Shown: positions 53,983 to 56,411 of the stretch, piece by piece | Numbering within the stretch: position 1 is the first letter of the stretch | Layout: every line of letters starts with the position of its first letter | Virus record (IMG/VR): IMGVR_UViG_3300032893_000056 | Coordinates: 1-56,411 of that record | Source of the DNA: a virus | Lineage: Duplodnaviria > Caudoviricetes | Strand: one strand, 5' to 3' | DNA: 56,411 bases | The notes under the pieces: model-generated | What the model was told of the DNA's origin: nothing | Database searches by the model: none | The model's input: only the letters and a program-made list of their open reading frames with translations | Translations under genes and position numbers: made by a program

Positions 53983-55887
53983 TTAGAGCCATTCACACGC
54001 ACCGGAGGTGCATGAGAGTTCTTGGGCTCCGTTAGTTGTATCTTCAGCTTTCTCATAACCATCGAACATGTTCCAATCGATCGACGGGAAGTTCGCGGCT
54101 AATTGTTGATAGTCCGCTTCGGAAATATCTTGGTAAGGAGCTTGCTGATATACGTGCTCGCTGTGCGGAAGGAATGATACACCACCCACATCATCCAAGT
54201 GCTTATATACCCAAGCGCCAACATCCATCCATTCATTTTCTTTTACGTACACAGTAATAGAAGGATTGTGTTCACACCAATGACGCTTAAAAAGAAGGTA
54301 ATGGTCAAGCTGTTCAATGGCAGACCGATCACTCCGCACAAGGCTGCCGCTAGGAGAACGGACAGGAAAACTGAACACAAGGTTCGAAGCGTTAGTAACG
54401 TCCGGTTCACAAGGAACCCCTTGGTCTTTTAGAAAAGTAGCAAGAGGGTCTTTAACATCAGCACGAACAGTTCTGATATAATACGGATTATGACGCGGAT
54501 GGATGCCACTAGCAGAATCAACAAGCTGACTGACAGTACCAGAAGGCTTAACGGTAGTGATAGCAGCACTCTGAGGAATACCCAAGGTGGCTGCCCATTG
54601 TTTGTTGGTTTCAACCGCATGATTCTTCATACGCTCCAATGTATCAGCGAGCAGACGCCCACTGTGATCACTAACGCTACCGTTAAGAATGGGATTGTCC
54701 ATGATGCCAGTAAGGCTAACACCCAGGAGACGCTCTTCTTCAGCATTTACCCTCCAAGCTTTTCGGAGGTATCGGAAGTCGGTGAGAGTTGATTGAAAGG
54801 TTCCGAGAATCGTAGCGAGTTCGACTTTGCTGCACAAAGTCTCGACTGTATCTCCAGCTCGTACAATAACCTCGCTAAGATTGCAGAAGCCATTGGGTCG
54901 TAGGATGATCTCACCGCAAGGGTTCGTTCCAAACTCCCAATCCAATTCTCTACGTCCTGTAGAGCCTGCTTGGCGCTTTGCAGATACGCGATTAAAAATG
55001 CCTCGCTCACCGGACTTACTTTCATATAGTGCGTGCCACTCCTTCATAAAGATACCGATATCTGGCTTTTCCGTGTAGGCTACGCTGTTATTAGCCAGAG
55101 CACGGTGACCACTAGACTCCCACCAAGCGCCGTTCTTGGCGTTACGCATACGCTCGTCTGTGAGGTTAGACAGGCTAATAAGAGCACTCCGACGCACACC
55201 CCCAACAACCACGATCTGAGCAATCTTGCAAACAAGGTCATGACATTCCAGAGAGTTTAGCTTTCGTCCGACTGCATTCCTAAAAAGATTGACTGTGAAG
55301 CTAAATAGGTCAATAAGGGGTGCAGGTCCGGATGCTCGTCCACCAAACGTTTTAAGTCGAGCCCCCGCAGGTCGTACACGAGACGTATCCCACTTGGCCA
55401 CCTGACCAGCATATAGTAGGGAAACCAACTGCCGGAAAGCAGAAGCCCATCCCTGTTTAGAATCTGCGACAACGATAACAGTATCCGAGTTATGGAGCGT
55501 GTCCGGGATTTCCGGTAGCTTGTTGATGTATTGTCGTTCGACACTGAATCCTACTCCTGTTCCGTTCATTAATACGAACATAACTTCTGAGAATGCTGCT
55601 TGATCGTCAATGGGCAGATAGGAACAGTTATATCCTGCGATATTATCCCGTTCCAAGGCAGGTCCTGCCGTCATTAGTGCGCGCATGCTAGGAACTACGT
55701 CAAGATTATAAATACCCTCGAAGACCCTTTGGTATGGGAATACGTCCCCATACCGGCCTGCCCAGAAGTCACAGTAACGGGTAACGGTCTCGACCCACGT
55801 TTCTCGACGACCCTCTTGCTGAAGCCATCTGGCGTAGCGACTACGAAATACATACTCTTGGAGATCGGTGTTAAAGTGTTTCGTCAT
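53983..55887 (-). CDS. nrdJ: Class II ribonucleotide reductase, allele B
   Basis: TNPCGEI, TVKPSGTVS, C-terminal CTSGAC; 634 aa vs 629 aa for allele A. Confidence 0.92.
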   Translation of the reverse strand: MTKHFNTDLQEYVFRSRYARWLQQEGRRETWVETVTRYCDFWAGRYGDVFPYQRVFEGIYNLDVVPSMRALMTAGPALERDNIAGYNCSYLPIDDQAAFSEVMFVLMNGTGVGFSVERQYINKLPEIPDTLHNSDTVIVVADSKQGWASAFRQLVSLLYAGQVAKWDTSRVRPAGARLKTFGGRASGPAPLIDLFSFTVNLFRNAVGRKLNSLECHDLVCKIAQIVVVGGVRRSALISLSNLTDERMRNAKNGAWWESSGHRALANNSVAYTEKPDIGIFMKEWHALYESKSGERGIFNRVSAKRQAGSTGRRELDWEFGTNPCGEIILRPNGFCNLSEVIVRAGDTVETLCSKVELATILGTFQSTLTDFRYLRKAWRVNAEEERLLGVSLTGIMDNPILNGSVSDHSGRLLADTLERMKNHAVETNKQWAATLGIPQSAAITTVKPSGTVSQLVDSASGIHPRHNPYYIRTVRADVKDPLATFLKDQGVPCEPDVTNASNLVFSFPVRSPSGSLVRSDRSAIEQLDHYLLFKRHWCEHNPSITVYVKENEWMDVGAWVYKHLDDVGGVSFLPHSEHVYQQAPYQDISEADYQQLAANFPSIDWNMFDGYEKAEDTTNGAQELSCTSGACEWL

Positions 55888-56233
55888 TATTCCTTTTTAG
55901 ATACTCAATGATTCGTTCAAAAGTTTCAATCTTGTCGTAGAACATTCCTAGGCCTAAGTTACATTGGCGACAGAGAAGTCCTCTCACTTTACCTGAAGTA
56001 TGACAATGATCAATATCCGCAGTCTCATTTATTTCTTTAAGGCACAGAGCACACTTGTGGTCTTGATCTTCTAACATCACATTTAAGCTTTCGGGGGTGA
56101 TTCCGAACTTCTTTTTACGGTAATAAATCTTTTGTCGCTCTAGATAAGCTGCTTTGTTCTTATGATAGCGGGCCCGTTGTTTAGCATTTTGATCCTCTCG
56201 GTTAGCGGCCCACCAGTCCTTGTTATACCCCAT
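55871..56233 (-). CDS. Endonuclease VII-family endonuclease (different from 2311..2727)
   Basis: FGIT......Q..KCALC....IDHCH.SGKVRGLLC..CN.GLG.F.D. Confidence 0.85.
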   Translation of the reverse strand: MGYNKDWWAANREDQNAKQRARYHKNKAAYLERQKIYYRKKKFGITPESLNVMLEDQDHKCALCLKEINETADIDHCHTSGKVRGLLCRQCNLGLGMFYDKIETFERIIEYLKRNNDETL

Positions 56234-56411
56234 TAATCTTCCTGATCTTCTTCAGCAAAGTATTCCAGCAGAATGTCATACCGTTCCTCAATCTGATCAA
56301 TGAGCATCGGAGCTAGTTCCTCACTAGTGATATCCAGAAGCTCAAGGATTGTCAGTTCATCTTCTTGTTGGAGACGTTCAATCATCTCACTAATTGTTCG
56401 TTCATTAATCA
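56233..56411 (-). CDS. Homologue of 2136..2317 (window ends inside its start codon)
   Basis: Read manually: INERTISEMIERLQQEDELTILELLDITSEEL..IEERYDILLEYF. Confidence 0.75.
   Translation of the reverse strand, partial: INERTISEMIERLQQEDELTILELLDITSEELAPMLIDQIEERYDILLEYFAEEDQED

Larger units (their letters stand above)
53734..56411. repeat. Copy B of the duplicated RNR segment
   Basis: 127-bp exact match to the window start, then diverged homology. Confidence 0.95.

Noticed and set aside
1-56411. Integrase, repressor, phage RNA polymerase, tRNAs, reverse transcriptase/DGR, stop-codon reassignment
   Set aside because: No such motifs recognised; genes are full length and tightly packed in the standard code

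Overview
Essentially complete ~53.7 kb genome of a lytic podovirus-type tailed phage, plus ~2.7 kb of overlap. I saw no integrase, RNA polymerase or tRNA. Positions 1-127 recur exactly at 53734-53860, after which the two copies of the ribonucleotide reductase region diverge. This is most simply read as two population alleles joined at an assembly k-mer. There are two divergent arms that start in a non-coding control region (27700-28420) and meet at a bidirectional terminator. The minus arm carries early small genes, a phiEco32/LUZ24-type peptide-ligase cluster (class I and II glutamine amidotransferases, COOH-NH2 ligase, amidoligase, ATP-grasp), primase, helicase, a split family A DNA polymerase, SSB, exonuclease, endonuclease I, nucleotide enzymes and class II RNR. 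The plus arm carries terminases, portal, GroES, scaffold, capsid, tail spikes/fibre, holins, ejection proteins and endolysin. Most unusual observations: (1) two non-coding elements, each a sigma70 promoter followed by a hairpin flanked by exact polypurine MIRROR repeats that differ between the copies (triplex-clamp/H-DNA geometry, possible origins); (2) a GcvH-fold protein with Asp in place of the lipoyl-Lys at the end of the ligase cluster; (3) a 14-nt complement of the 16S rRNA 3' end followed by a pseudoknot in the late leader; (4) an HNH gene starting with a recoded copy of the polymerase N-terminus; (5) a recurrent TGTAAG-N3-GTTTG-N6-CAAAM site. All functional calls come from motif recognition by eye, not database searches.
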